Shown: positions 12,361 to 26,902 of the stretch, piece by piece | Layout: every line of letters starts with the position of its first letter | Position numbering within the stretch: position 1 is the stretch's first letter | Source: Negaprion brevirostris | Taxonomy: Eukaryota | Length of the DNA stretch: 63,582 nt | Assembly (NCBI GenBank): GCA_030324005.1 | Contig: JARDVH010000106.1 | Location: 43,893,538 to 43,957,119 of the forward strand | Reading direction: 5' to 3' | Notes under the pieces: model-generated | The model's input: the letters and a program-made list of their open reading frames with translations, nothing else | What the model was told of the DNA's origin: nothing | The model's database searches: none | Program-made: the position numbers and the translations under genes

Positions 12361-12531
12361 TTATGATATGGAGATGCTGGCGTTGGACTGGGATAAGCAC
12401 AGTAAGAAGTCTCATAATACCAGGTTAAACCTTAAATTTTACCCTGGTTTTCTGAGGCTTATTACTGCGCTTACCCAAGTCCAACGCCGGCATCTCCACA
12501 TTTAACCTGGTGTTGTGAGACTTCTTATTGT
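12361..12531. mobile_element. Palindromic insert made of inverted Penelope termini, with a 10-bp TSD
   Basis: gcatatcaag at 12351-12360 and 12532-12541. Arms 12364-12429 and 12438-12501 are inverted copies of the 11745-11810 terminus, followed by a third partial copy. Confidence 0.8.
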
Positions 12532-14140
12532 GCATATCAAGTAGACACCATTGGCTGAGTTGCAAGAGCATGTACCATGTACCTGGTGGATGGTGTTCTG
12601 ACGTGAAATGATGGCATCCATGTCAATGATCTGGCACATCTTGCAGAGGTTGCTGTGGTAGGGTTGTGTGGTGTTGTGGTCACTGTTCTCCTGAAGGCTG
12701 GGTAGATTGCTTCAAACAATGGTCTGTTTGAGGTTGAGCAGTTGTTTGAAGGCAAGTAATGGAGGTGTGGGGATGGCTTTGGCGAGATGTTCGTTTTCAA
12801 CAATGACATGTTAAGGGCTCTGAAGAAGATGTCGTAGCTTCTCCGCTCTGGGGAAGTGCTGAACAATGAAGGGTAATCTGTTCACCGTGTCCCATATTTG
12901 TCTTCTGAGGAGGCCGATGCGGTTTTTCGCTGTGGTGTGTCGGAACAGTTGATTGATGAGTTGAGCACATATCCTGTTCTTACAAGTGTGTCTTTCAGTG
13001 TCTGTAGATATCTGTTGCATTCCTCGTTGTCTGATCAGTTCCTGTGTTTACGGAAGGCTTGTCTGTAGGGGATGGCTTCTTTAACGTGTTTAGGGTGGAA
13101 GTTGGAGAAGTGGAGCATCATGAGGTTATCTGTGAGCTTGCAGTACAGTGAAGTGTTGAGATGACTGTCCTTGATGAAGATGCATGTGTCCAAGAATGCA
13201 ACTGATTCTGGAAAGTAGTCCATGGTGAGTCTGATGGTGGGATAGAACTTGTTGATATCGTGATGTAGTTGCTTCAGTGACCGTTCGTCGAGAACCCAAA
13301 AGAAGAAAATGTCATTGATGTATCTAGTATATAGTGTCGGTTGAAGTTCCTGCGTGGGGAAGAGATCTTGTTCAAACCTGTGCATGAAGATGTTGGCATA
13401 TTGAGGTGTGAATTTGGTCCCCATGGCAGTTCCATGTGTCTAAAGAACTGGTTGTAGAAGGTGAAGACATTGTGGTCCAGGATGAAGTGGATGAGTTGTA
13501 GAATTGCATCTGGAGATTGGCAGTTGTCGGAAGATGCAGGTGTAGAATGCCGAGACATTCATTTTGATGAGGAGTGTTCCTGGTTCAACTGCTCCATGGG
13601 TGCTTAGTTTCTGTAAGAAGTCTGTAGTGTTGCAACAGAAGCTGGGGGTTCTTTGTACAATGGGTTTCAGGACGCCCTCAACATAGCTGGAGAGGTTCTC
13701 ACACAAGGCTCTATTGCCTGATACGATGGGACGGCTGAGTGTGTTGGCCTTGTATATCTTCAGGTGGTAGGAGGGATTTCCAATGCAGGGAGTACGTGGG
13801 ATGAAAACACAGAGGGTGCTGTGAAGGTCCAGATCAAAGGTCTTGATCAGTCTGCTGAGTTGGTGGGTATGTTTTTTGGTCAGATCTGCGGGTAACTGTC
13901 TATAGTGTTCCTCACTGGAACTTAATACAGGTAAGTGTGAGATGATGTGCTTTGACAAAGGGATAGGGAGAGGCACTTCTGACTCAATGACATAGTTCTA
14001 AAGACAGAGGGACCACAGGGTTCATTCACATAGACCTTCGGAGATGGCACGACATATTGAGAATATCAATGCATATGGGATCTTGTGTTTCATTAATAAA
14101 AGAATTGAGTACAAAAGCTGAAAACTGATGCTGAATAGTA

Positions 14141-14345
14141 AGGCAGAATTTTCCAGCCTACCTACGGCTTGTGTTCTGGCGAAGGAGGCAGTTCATCATT
14201 AGCCACCAGCAGGATCTTGCAGTGTGGCCTAGGTTTATGGCATTTTGTATTGCTCACCTGTCCTGCTGCTGGGGAACATATCATGGGGGTTGCCTTTAGT
14301 GGGACAGGAAGATCCTGCCAGTCTGAAAGGCCAGAAAATCCCTCC
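14141..14345. mobile_element. Short Harbinger-type MITE
   Basis: TIR-like ggcagaattttcc / agaaaatccctcc and internal cagcaggatctt...ggaagatcctgcc. Same family as 30734-30937. Confidence 0.65.
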
Positions 14346-15380
14346 TTTATAAACTTCTGGTTAGGTCAAAAGAGAGCATTGCTCCCAATTGCGGTCATCA
14401 CAGTTTAGAAAGGTGATGGAAGAGGAGATGATCAACGATTTCAAAAATAAAACTAGATAGTCATTTTGGTGAATTAAATTTGCAGGGTCATCGGAATAGA
14501 GTGGGTGAACGGGACTGACAGGATTGCTGTACAGAGAGCCTTTTCCAGCAAAGCACACACACATGCATCTTGATGGGTCCAATTTCTCAAACCAATAAGG
14601 TGATAACAGCGAGATACACATCATATGTGAGCAACAACAGGTGTTGGAGATAGGGACAACAATGGAGAGTTTCCACTGGATGGTGCAAAATGTTTTAACC
14701 TCTGTTTAGCTAGTACACAGATGCTGAGCCTCAGAGGGGTTATAATTTTAAATTGTTTTTGTGGAGCAGCAGATGTGTGCACCCGTCAGAATTTCAAGAA
14801 CAGTTTCATAGCAAATGGAGGAGTTCATCTCCACGACAAGTGCCATCGTGTCTCAGACATTTGCGCTGATGGCCAGCTTCACTGAAACAGTCACCAAACT
14901 GTCATGGAGAATTGAATGCAGCAGGCTCCAGAGTGTGTTCTGGTCCACACCTGTAGCTGACATCATGTGGCCACATGTTTAATGCAGCCAAGTGCCGCCC
15001 CACTCTTGGTTAGTAGGGGAGTACAAGTGGATCCTGGGAGCAAAGATGATGAAAGGGCTAACAGCAGAGGGAACTCTTATCAAGGTGACTCCTTTTCTTA
15101 CCTCCTTCTCGGAGGCTCAAACAACTGCTGAATGGAGGCTTCACAGGCAATAAGGTAAATTTGTTTTCTGTGTTCTCCAAGGCATTTGACATAAATTGCA
15201 GAAAGTTGCTGTCCCCCAAAAAATCAGTGACTTTGAGGCAGAAATAATTGATCCTGGCATTGCAAGTCTTTCACTGTGGCCGACAATAGACACCCTTTGT
15301 ATGTTTCAGATTAGGTTGGTTTTATTCTATGATAAGCTTCTGCTGTGCACTCAACCTCTCCGGGGTGAATTGAAGACATG

Positions 15381-16854
15381 GGGCCAGATTTTCACAACTA
15401 TGGTGTGGTTCTGTCTTCTCAAAATGTGTGAAAATATTTGAAAATCAGAAGTCCCATCCCTGGATCCGGCACTTCCCATTTCACGAGGGTGGGATATTTC
15501 ATGCATATGCAGTTTATAGAGACAGCTGGCCATTGAAATCATCAGCTGCCTCCACTGAAGTGTATCTTGGTGAGCTGGGAGTGTGAAGCCCAATGTGCGC
15601 AGATTATACCAATTAAGGGGTCTGAACTTGGAGGATTCTTTTGGACAACAGAGGCACCCCTTTGGATCCCCCTTACATATTGTCTTGAGGTGCCTTTTGG
15701 TGCAGACCCAAGTACCTTTTGGTGTAGGTCAGGTGCCCTTTGGAAGTGTCAAAAGTAGCCATAAATGTGAAAAACATGTACTTAAACTCATTACTGTCAA
15801 ACTTATTGGAACTGACAACAAACCTGTCAAAATCAACTCTCAAGATGGCCAGGATTTCCTTTCAATGGGACCAATCAAGCTGTCAAAGCATTTACCTCCA
15901 GCCCTTTAAATCTTTGAAGAAAATCTCCAGAGTGTTTAAAAACTGATCAAGTCACTCTTGTCAGTTGACATAGGTTTGAAGGTTTCCATTACTGGATTAC
16001 TGGTATATGATTGATTTCACAATCATTCATTATCACTGTAGGGTGCCTCTCATTTCATAGTGCAATTGACAGCTACAAGTAGTCACAGACTCTTTGACGT
16101 AGACTGAATTAAATGTTTATTTTATAGGGAGTGTACACTTGTTAGAAGGTTTTGAAGGAATGTAAATGTAATAAATGGGTTTTTCATGAGTCAGAGTGTT
16201 TTTTCCAATATGGTGAAGTCTCTAATAACTCTGAGGACTTTAATTTATGTCATATCTGCCTCAGACCTGAGATCTGCACATATTGGATACTAGATGAGTT
16301 GGCATGGCAGTTGTAAGGGCAAAGAGTGATGGGTGAGGGCATGGGCTGGCATGAGTCGGCAGTAAGTTAGCATAAATGTTACAAAGGATCATGGGTTTGG
16401 ATAAAGGCTGCAGAAGCTGAAATGGATGGTATGAGGATCCATTGAGGTTGGGTACAGTGGCATAGATTAGATGGGGGAATATGAAGGGCCACATGGGATG
16501 AGTACTTGGACATAGGTTAACATAGGTGCTATAAAGGACTGTGGAGGTGAGTATTGGGCATGAGATGGTATGGGTGAGGCTTGGGGAGTGTGGGGGAGAG
16601 GGGGAGGAAAGATAAGGGATGTGTAATGTTTAAATTTTTTTCACCCTTATTTTAGGGGAGTTCAGGAGTGCAGCCTACCTCTGTTCCAGGCAGCCTCCAC
16701 ATTTCATCTCATCTTGCTCACCACAATTCCTAATTTAGCCTGTCCCTTCCCAGACTGAAAATCCAATATCCCAGTAGCCATTTTTAAAAGTTGGGTTTGC
16801 AGAGCTTAGAATTTGCCATCACTGCGCATCTTGTCGAGAGTGGAAACCTGGGCC
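15381..16854. mobile_element. Old non-autonomous Harbinger-like element
   Basis: Imperfect TIRs gggccagattttcac / gtggaaacctgggcc and G-rich ggcatggg repeats at 16300-16620. Confidence 0.35.
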
Positions 16855-19800
16855 ACAATGTGGAACCTGATCCAACATCAATCTCCATGACTTTCCCAGC
16901 CACACAGGCTCTAAGACCTGCTTCCATCCAACTGGAAAGATTCTGCCCATGAAGTTAACGGTATACGCCAAAGCCATTAAAGATGATGTTACTTCAGAGG
17001 AATTTGATTTGCACTAGATTCCCTGACTTTTGTGTGGCTAATGATGATTTTGGAAAACTGCACCGAAAAGAACAATGCAAACCAGCAGAAACTTTACGCC
17101 AATAGTGGCTCTGGGGTAGGTAGGCAGAACTGAAAGATATATTTTCAGAAAGTGGTTTGTTAAATCTTGGGATGGACAAGAGATGAAAACTGCAACATTT
17201 AAATATCTGCTCTAACCCATACAAAGATCAGGGAATTTATTAGGGGCAAATCAAATTTCTCCCATCTTTTGAGTGTGGAATGTTTCCCACATGATGGCTA
17301 AACGCTTACACTTACGATGTTATCCTGCACATTTATTTCCATGCAAATGCTATTTATTGCTCTCTGCCATGTTGATCAATATGCTGATAAATGTGTCACA
17401 GGGAAATTGATTTTTGCCAGCATTGTAAATACATGTACCACTCACTCTCAATTTAACCTTCTTGCTTAATTTCAGCAATTTAATATTTGAAATATTGAAG
17501 CGATTTTCAACATTCCAAACTGGGAAGGAGATGTATTGTTTATTAACTGCCAATGACATTGCAAAGAGCAAGTCTATCATGCAGAATTTACACATTGGAG
17601 GTAAATTTGATCCAGTGCCATAATCTAAAGTGGGAATTATCAGATCAGCCAACAATTTGACATCGCTCCCAATTTTTATTTCCATTGAAAATCAGGAAAG
17701 GCATGTAGCTGGTAATTGGATTCAGCATCTCCCATTTTGCACTAACAGCCAATTACCCCCATTATGTGCCTGACAGCCCAGGTTGACAGCTATTAATTAG
17801 CATATAGTATAGGTTTTTTGGAGCTGGCACAAGAGTACAACTTCTTACAAGTGTCAGATTGGTGTGAAGATCATAGCCAGAGCCATTGAATCTTGTTTTG
17901 CTTCAGTCACGCCAGCCTGGGTTTTTGCGCTGGGGTGCAAAGTTGGGACAGATGCAATGGGCGTTTTTTTCCCTGTGCTGTAGAACTCTGTGACTCTATT
18001 TCTGGATCCGCAAATTCAACCAGGAAATAAATGTTGGGAATTTCATTCTGGGGTGTGGTTGTTCTTGAGTGTTGGATCCACAAATTTACAAGATCCGGAA
18101 AGGGAACTGACCAGTGAAGCTGAAGAGTTCCGCACAGGTTTTCTCAGCAGAACTGACACTCTGCCAAATTCTTGTAAGGTTCTGCCCCTTGTTTAACACA
18201 TCTGAGTCAGCAGCTCAGACATGAGTGGAGGCAGCTGTTTACACACACAATTGAGCTGCAAAACACACATGCGCATCCCGGCCAAGGCCCATTCTTGTCC
18301 CTGTGGAAATGGTTGATGCAGTATCTGGCTGGACTCCTGAATTTCAGCCTCTTCCGCCATTTCACAGTGACAGAGAGGCTCTCTGTGTTGCAAAAATCTC
18401 AGGCACTATCTTCTATTACATTTCCAAGGTGGCAGTGTTTAAGAGGAGCAATGTGTTCATTCTTGTGCAATAGCTAATGTTAAAAAGCTTAGTATTCCCC
18501 TCTGTAAATACACTTACAGAACACAGATTTGTGATTAAAAATATATAGATTTCAAACATATAATGCATTTCTTTAGATTATATTAGCAAGAAATGTAGGC
18601 ATTCTTGGTCAAGATGGCATCACTTTATCAAATAACATCCAAAAAAGATGAATGGAAGATCTCAACAGTGAACTGCAATTTGTTGTTGTGTTCATCACCA
18701 AGAAGAACAATTTATTTTATAGTAAGTTAATATAGCAATTCTGATTTTATTAGTAATCCTTTCTGCATGTGGAAAATAATAATAGGTGGGTATTTCATTT
18801 CTTTTATTGGAATATCAGTAAATGGAGAGAAATTTCTTTCAAATTTGCCCAAGCATGATTACATTTCAATTCAGGCTCCAACTTCCTTGGGCTAATGGTC
18901 TAATGAAGCTAGCACACACTTTGGCAATAATTAGGTATTTATTTGCAGCAGTGGTTGGGCATATTCTAACCTTCTGAAAAAGATTTGAAACAATTTCTTG
19001 GCTTCTGTTTTGGATTTGGATTTCGGCCATGGTCTGGACCATAAGAGTGAGTTTCATAAATTTGGCAAGACTTGGAATTTGTACAGTAGCTCATGGATCA
19101 GAAGAAAGGCAAGCGATTCTTTATAGCCAATGATTTGTGATCATTGTGGGCCACTGAGACAACAGTATCTTACCTGCCTGCAGGACTTGCTACACAAATT
19201 TTTGTAAAGCTCTGCAGCAAATCACGATATAGAAACCTGCAGGAGATCATGCTAAACTAAAGTACTTCTTCTAACAACAGGTACTGATATTAGCTGATGG
19301 GCTGTGCCACACTTTCCTTTGGTAATTGCATTCATTTCATTTATCTCTTTTATTTGAGGGTTTGCACATCTTCACTGATAATTTTGGCTCTCTGCCAGTT
19401 TACTCATCTCTTAATGGTTTCATTTCACTATCCAGTTGCACAGATGCCAGTCACCATCTGTTACCTCACCCTCGACCACTCTTCACTTTAGCTGAGATAG
19501 TGCCACCAATATATTTGAGGGGGTGGGAAGGGTATCACATCTAAGTGTGAATCATACCTAAAAGCCACAAACCAGTTTACCAGCAAGGAGGGTCACTGGA
19601 TATTTACGAGGAGCAAGAATCATGATTTTCACTCTGGCAGCCAATGAAGACTGAGACCTATCACATTGTTCCACAAATGCTAGTCTAAGATCTTCCAACT
19701 TAGAACAGAAGAACAACTTGAATGGGGATCTATTTGGTCTGTAAGGCTTTGTGTATTAATTCACTAAGCTGCCACCAAGAGCTGCGGCAAATATATACAA

Positions 19801-20609
19801 CCTGCTGCAGTCAACAGGATCAATCCTTTGGTGCATTATACCCTGAAAGGTAACTTTCTGATTGAAGTCTCAATGGAGACTTTCATCTGTCAAGAGCATG
19901 AATTAAGAAATAAGTCACACTTGTTCCCTGACTTGCCAAATCAAATGGTCAGAAAAAGCAGCACACGTTGCGTTGCTATTTCTGGGTGGAACTGTGATTG
20001 ACTGTGTGAGAGGAACTTGGATTTTCCTGTCTCAGCATGTGCACTGCACCTAATTTCCTAAGACGTAACAGTATAATTTAGTCTGTTCTTTCAAAAGCAA
20101 GAGAGCAAATTCCAATTTTTATTCAGATAAATGAAATAATGTGCAATATTGGAGGTTGAACTCTCAGAGGAACTATGTCAGAGCCTCTCCAATCTCAATT
20201 TTCCCATGGAGATGCATTGCAAAATAAAGGGTGACGTAGACAGAAGCCTTTAATAAACTGAATGAAACATTGAATTGAAATAACGTTCATTTTTCTTTTA
20301 ATTAATAAAGAGACAATTGCAGTTGAGTACACTGGTTAGTTATGTGGTCCAACTGACCTGGATTTCCAATCTCCACATGGAACAAGTTTTGAATTTTAAT
20401 CTTAGCGTTTTGCACAAATGAACAAAGAAAGTGAGGAATTCTGCTTTTGCTACAGGGCAATTTAAATCATTTTATACAAAAAATGCTGCTAAACTGCACA
20501 CAACGGCCGAATAGGATTCTGTTCAATTCTGTTCCTTGAGCTCTGCAGATATAATTCCTGTCTATACCAACACTATAGTTTCAATGATTCATTGCTCTCG
20601 AGAAGCAGT

Positions 20610-20628
20610 GGCAGCCCCCTGGTGTTCT
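20610..20628 (-). promoter_or_regulatory. CTCF-like binding motif
   Basis: Minus strand aacaccagggggctgcc matches the CTCF core CCASYAGRKGGCRS at most positions, in TE-free DNA. Confidence 0.4.
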
Positions 20629-23499
20629 ACATCTGGAGTGATTTTCTGAATCTGTCTGCATATCTGCAAAGTTATAGGTGGGTGGGATTCCTTTGTTTTT
20701 GAAGTCTTGATGGTGTGATGTTTATTTTACACTTTAATCATGTAACTGTGCAGGAAACACAGAACAGTGCTTTTACATTCTGCAAATGCTTTATGAATTA
20801 TTTAGTCCCAATGACTGCTATGTTATTTAACCCTCTTGGCCTAAGGAAGGAAAAACAACTATTTTCTTTTCAACTCCATCTATTGATTTTCCAACACTGG
20901 TTGCCTGGTTCCCAGAATACACAGTAAGTACCACACATTATGACTGGCAACATGTAGAGAATCTTAATAGTCAATAAGAAACAGAGCAATTGATATACAG
21001 AGTTACAATATTGAAATCCAGTTCATGTTGATTTTCATGCCCTCAGCGATGTTAAGGTGAAAACTAGCACTAGTTTTGCAAATAAACACTTCAACAGTGA
21101 ATATAAACATATTTATATGCTGGAATGTGTCTGTAATGTTGCACATTTTAAATTTGAATGCCCCCCCTTATCATCAGCAGATTAATACTGGATTATTTCC
21201 AGATTTAAAAGTGAACTAAAAACATAGTTATAAATGCAATTCAAATCATCCCTTTGTTTAGTTATGGACAAGGGTATTCTTCTAAACCAATTACATTGCA
21301 CAGCGGCGGTCAAGATTAAGACCATAAGTATATACCCTAATATGTACAATCAATAAATGTCTATAAATTAGACATTTTATGTACATTAAACCATTTAGCA
21401 CTTACATTATTTATAGATGTCTGGGTTTATCTCTGCTTCACATTATATCATCCACATACAATGTAAATGGAGTAAAGGACTTAGGGACAGTGGGGCATGA
21501 ATTACCTTCACTTTGTTTATTCAAAGGTAAATCCATATCAAGTCTTGTGCTGGGAATTCACCAAAATGATGAGAACAGTGGGAAGTGATACACCGTCAAT
21601 TCTTAATGAGTTCCTGACATAATTTAAAGAGATCAGCCAGTACCAATAAATGGCCACCTATGGGGTAAGAATTGTTGAAGTACTTATGAAAGACTGAAAT
21701 GTTTATGGAAGCAGTTATTGCAGCCATATTAATTCTTGCATAAGACAATAAAGTTACAGACGAAAAACAGTGGTGGTCAGATTAACATCGAGGCAGGAAT
21801 TAAAATCTGAGGGCAAGTACAGGAAGAACATGGAATCCAGCCCTTCATTTGAAGGCTGTCAAAGTAGATTCTGCCGCACGAGGCTCGTCCTATTCTGTAT
21901 TGCATAGTGTGCAACAATGCAATATATAATATTCACTGGACATGGGAATACATGTGTAAATAAAATATAAAACATAAGAAAAATATTGAGGTAAGATTAT
22001 CTCAAAAGTATTACTAAGTAGAAATTCCAGGTAAGCATGTCACAAAATGCTGTATTGCAGAACATACCTTCAAGCTACAACTTACAGAAGATTAAAACTT
22101 TTTCTATACTCATCTTCAAGCAATTTCATTAATAGAATAGTTGCAATACAACCTATTTGCACAATATGTGGTTACTTTCTGGCATCAATGTCTACCATCA
22201 GAGCACACCCTCCCATCACAATCTGAGAGATGCAGAAACATAAAGTGACTATGCCACGTTGATGATTACATTTAATGGGGGTGGAGATGAAAGTGCTATC
22301 AATATTAACAGAGTTTAATCATCTGCATGTATCATTTGCTAGGTTGGAGTTAAAATGATTGGTGTGTGAGATGGCCTTGGATGTCACTGGCAGTTCTTTC
22401 CTAAGGGGTAGATAAAAATTACGTGCCTTTGCAACAGGTTAATCAGATAATCAGAAAAAAAACCCCAAAATACTGAGGATGCTGGAATCTGAAACATGTT
22501 GCACAGATCTGCGACTGGCTCCATACTGAGTTAACTCATGGCTTACTGAACACTTGGAAAAATAATATTTTGAGAAAATTGCACATACCCACTGAACTCT
22601 CAGGAAAATCCTTTTTATACTAATCCTGTCATGAAATGCATAAGGCAATCCTGCAATTTGGTGCTTCCAATTGAGTGCTGCTTCCTAATTAAAGCACCAG
22701 ATTAGAGAATAATTCCTCACTGCATTTGTTGTGTTTCAAAATGAACTGTATTCTTTCTNNNNNNNNNNNNACTACCTTGGGGCTCCCAATTTAGATATCT
22801 TGTCACTGCTTGAGCTCCAATGGTATTTTAAGTTGGAATTTAAGAGTTGCTTCACTTGTGTGCCTTTTTTAGTCTCTTCCTGCTCTCCTAAAATATTAGA
22901 CATTCTGCAATTATAAACAGCTTCTCGTTGATGTAACAGATAATTATTTGGCTACTTTAGTATCATTGAAATTTGAGATACTATTGGGAGAAGGAAAACA
23001 TTTTTTCCCATAAAGAAATATGCAAGATGATTTTCCTCCAATGTATAAAGCCAATGCTGATGATAAAAATCAGTACTAAAAACTTATTCAAATCTAAAAT
23101 TAAAAAAAACATACTGTAAACCTCTGGGTCTATCCCTCATACAACTACTCTTAAAACCATTCCAATGAGCAAAAGGAGCTCCCAACTCAATCTTGTCCCA
23201 AGCAGGTGAAAAGTGGTTCATTCCATGTATATTGTTTAAATGAAGCTATGATTTTTTTTTATGAGATCACTTCAGACCAACCAAAAAGGCGAGGTGGGAA
23301 TTTGCACTCAGAATGAAATTGACACGGATCCAATTATTTTTCTTATCTAAGACAGCTTTTCAAGTCTCCCAGTGCTGTTTCTCTCCTGAACTAATGACTT
23401 TCACAACTGGAAAATATATCCTATGGAATAATTATGTTCTAATCTGAGCTCAGCAGGTGAATTTGCACAGCCAAGCATGAACACAACTGTACCCTTACT

Positions 23500-24080
23500 A
23501 AGGATAGTTACATCCAGAACTAAATGGATAGTTTCTAATTTTAAGATTATGCCCCTTTTTTCTAGATTCTTGAACCAGTGGAAATAGTTCCTCTGTTTTT
23601 AGGTTTTAAAAATCCCTAATTTTCACCCCACAACAATAGAATCTCAGGAGAATACAGACTACGTTCATACGATTTATACCCATAATTTAATACTTGAAGC
23701 CTTGGTATAATCCTGATGAATTTGCACTGAAACCACTCCAAGGTTAATCTATCTTTCTTGAAGTTCCACGTCTAAAACTGAATAAAGTGCTTGAGGTGGG
23801 ATTCTAGCAGGTTGCTGGACAACTGATGCATCATTTCCTGTTTTTAACCATCTTGAGATAAAGACCAACTCTTTTTGAGATCTTTTCATTCTTTTTTGAA
23901 CCTGTGCACATGGACATCTAAATCTCTTTGATCTTCGACACTGCCTATTCAGAAAATAGTTAGATATAACTTCCTCAGATTCAAAATAAATAACCTCATA
24001 CTTCTCCACATTGGCCCGTATTTGTCAAAATTTTATAAACTCATTTAACCTTTGTCATTTCTTGCTCATGTCCATAACCT
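23500..24080 (-). mobile_element. Degenerate CR1 LINE 3' ORF2 fragment
   Basis: Minus-strand NVEKYEVIYF, RDLDVHVH, typical CR1 C-terminal region. Confidence 0.65.
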
Positions 24081-26630
24081 ACTATGCCTCTGAATTTAAT
24101 AACATCTGGAAACTACAATGTAACATTCTATCTTCTTCTATCAAGTCATATGGTGAAATCCCATAAAACAGAATGTGTTCCCGTGTTACCTGTGTCAGAC
24201 TGGCCCCTTTTCTCCCAGGGCCATGTGATCGGGCTGGACTGTAGGGAGTATCAAGACAGGAAGCTGAGCCAACTGGGAGCAGGGTGCATATCCTGGATCT
24301 GCCCAAATTTATCTCCCATTTTATAGGAGGGCTGAATACATTGAGCAACTCATCTGCCCCTCAGACCAAGTGAAGCCACTTAATTCCCTCATGCCACACC
24401 TGCTGCAATGTTACCTGCAGTGTGGGAGACCCACAACAGGTGGATAGTGAAGCAGGTTTTACTGGAAAAGCTGATGTTGGCAAGGGATGGCAGTGATGGA
24501 GGGGGGGGGGAGGAATAACTTGTGCCAATTGGAGACACAACCCCTGCCTTCAAAAGATCATACCCTCTTTTAACACTCCCTGGCAGCATCTCGAATCCAG
24601 GCCTCACTCCCATTACTGGGGCCTCCAATCAGGTCTCACCGAATCTTAGCACCGACCTGAGGTCTGGCCTTCATTAGTTACCCTTTGTCAGGGACTACAT
24701 TAGTAACTGCTTGAACCTTACTATACTGGGATTATAGAAATGCCAGCCAATTGGATTGGCTAGTAGCCTAAGGCAGATGTCTTTCCCAGGTGGAAGTCTC
24801 ACATTTTGCTAATTAACACTTTGCTGAGCGTTAAATGGCTGCAAGGCAATCAGTACCAGTAGGGGTGTGTTCCCCAATGACGCAGCCAAAAGTTCTGGTC
24901 ATTCTGCTATTGAAGGGGAGTTGTCAAATTACCCAAAGTCTCCTAAAATCCAGATGGTGTTTTGGTATCATGTCATAAATAACTTTGAAGGAATCTACTC
25001 CTTTGCTTCTCGGATAAACGGCAGTAGTAATTAGGAGTTGGCTGATCATCATTTCTACTTGAATACAGAGCTAGTGTGTTTCCAGTTGTCATGGAGAGGA
25101 GGGTATAGGAAGGATTAAAGGCTTCCCTATAAATCCAGAAGTATCACAAACAGAAGGGCATTTGCAGTTATGACCTTGAGAGATCTGTGAAGAACTTAGA
25201 GGAGCGAACAGATGGATGTTGTCCATGCCTGCACCTCAAATGGAGACAATACTGAATCTATCGTTCTCCAAGCAGAATGTGGTGGAAGCTCATGCTCAGT
25301 TTGAGAAGTAAGTTTGCAACGAGTTACAACAAACTTAGAAAGTTTGCAAAGCTGAAGCTATAGGGAGAATCCCCAAAGCAAATCACTCACAGCAGAAGAT
25401 GGTATTGGAAAGGAAAAGAACAGAATTAAAACCTTTAGGAATTATGAAACACTTCTAGTTGGCTCCAGAAGAAATGAATGTCTACTGGAGACTGAGTAAC
25501 ATAATAATATTGGGACTTTTGGTTAACAGTAAATGTAGAAAGGGGAAAACTTTGTTCAATTGTTAAAAGTTATACTACCGACAAAAAACTAATAGTGTTT
25601 ACTTAACAGTGTCATTTCTTTAGTCATTGATAGAATAAAGGTTCTCTTCAAACATGAAATCATAATGCATCATCCTTTTAGCTAGTAACTAGAAGTTTGA
25701 ATTTCTCTTTAAATGTTATTGGTTTCTATTGAAATTGTAATAAGATCCACAGCAGAAACACACGACCCTGAGTAGATGTCATCCTCAAATCAAGGAGCAG
25801 GCAATGACAATGAATGTAACATTTGCAATTTTCTTACCCTAAGGTATAATTCTTGAATCTAGAGTGCTTTAAAAAATTATAACCAAGACACTACAATATC
25901 TATCCTTATTTCTTTTAAAATCTCAAGGGTGGAATCCATCAGGTGCTGGAGACTTGGCTATCTTAAGTCCCAGTGCCATCTTCATTACCATTTTTACTTA
26001 CACTGATCTCACTAACTTCACTTTACTTATTTCTAGGTTCCCTTGTGTCATTCTGTTTTGTCCTTCAATTCTCTTCTTCATATCCCTAAGAGATTTTACT
26101 TTAGATTTGATATCCCTTTTAAGTCATTCTTTTTCAGATTCTCATCTTGAACTTCCTATTGCTTCTTTGTATCTGGCCTCCATTTTCTGCTAAAACCTGC
26201 AGATACAGACCGATGACTAATGGGACAGCCATAAGGTGGTCTCTGTACAAATCTAATTAACTCTGTAAATACATACAGATGCAAAAAGGAACATAATTTT
26301 GAAAAGGTATTCACCGCTTTCGTAAAAAGCGAGGTAAAAAAGCTTTAAAGGAGAAATAAAAAGACAATGAAGCCAACACCCAAAGCATTGAATATCTTCT
26401 CTAATGCTAGCTCCAAGGAATGAGGGAATTTAAAAAACCTGATCACTAAATGATGACAGTTTTAAAGGCGGGGACATTCTCATAAGTTCTACTGTAGGCC
26501 TACTACTGTACATNNNNNNNNNNNNNNNNNNNNNNNNNNNNNNNNNNNNNNNNNNNNNNNNNNNNNNNNNNNNNNNNNNNNNNNNNNNNNNNNNNNNNNN
26601 NNNNNNNNNNNNNCCATTCGGACAGACTAT

Positions 26631-26740
26631 GGCCAGAATTCTCGAATGTTGTTGGGCACACCACCACTGCCAGCAACAACAGAGAAATTGGTGTGCAGCC
26701 AAATTGCCAATCACAGCAGCGGGGCTGGAGAATCCTAGCC
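26631..26740. mobile_element. Short Harbinger-type MITE
   Basis: TIR-like ggccagaattctc / gagaatcctagcc. Confidence 0.55.
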
Positions 26741-26902
26741 GCGGACAAGGTTGGAGCATTCTGGCCTGTATTATGGGGGTCTAATGCACCCAGTGAATAT
26801 TGGGCATGCAGGCTTCTTGTCACTGACATTTCCACCATTCATTATGGTGTGCTATTTGTAAACACACCTCACCATTAGTTAGAAACTCAACGAGACCAGC
26901 CT

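Larger units (their letters stand above)
11745..13915 (-). mobile_element. Penelope-like element (RT plus GIY-YIG endonuclease, decayed) with 3' terminal repeat
   Basis: Minus-strand RPIVSG, NTTDFLQKL, AMGTKFTPQYANIFM, YTRYINDIFFFW, FLD and TSLYCK.TD. Endonuclease CNSANGVYLI..WYIGET at ~12310-12575. Probable TSD tggaattta/tggaactta (11737-11745, 13916-13924). Confidence 0.92.
10305..14590 (+). mobile_element. Degenerate CR1 LINE (ORF2 and 3' UTR), interrupted by a Penelope element and a MITE
   Basis: CR1 ORF2 motifs: NNRPVSL.P.VGKVLEAI (11200-11260), QCGFV..RFCLTNLTEF, KFADD (11634-11648), MEF/N..KCE spanning the Penelope insertion, and a CR1-type 3' end at 14420-14590. Confidence 0.8.
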
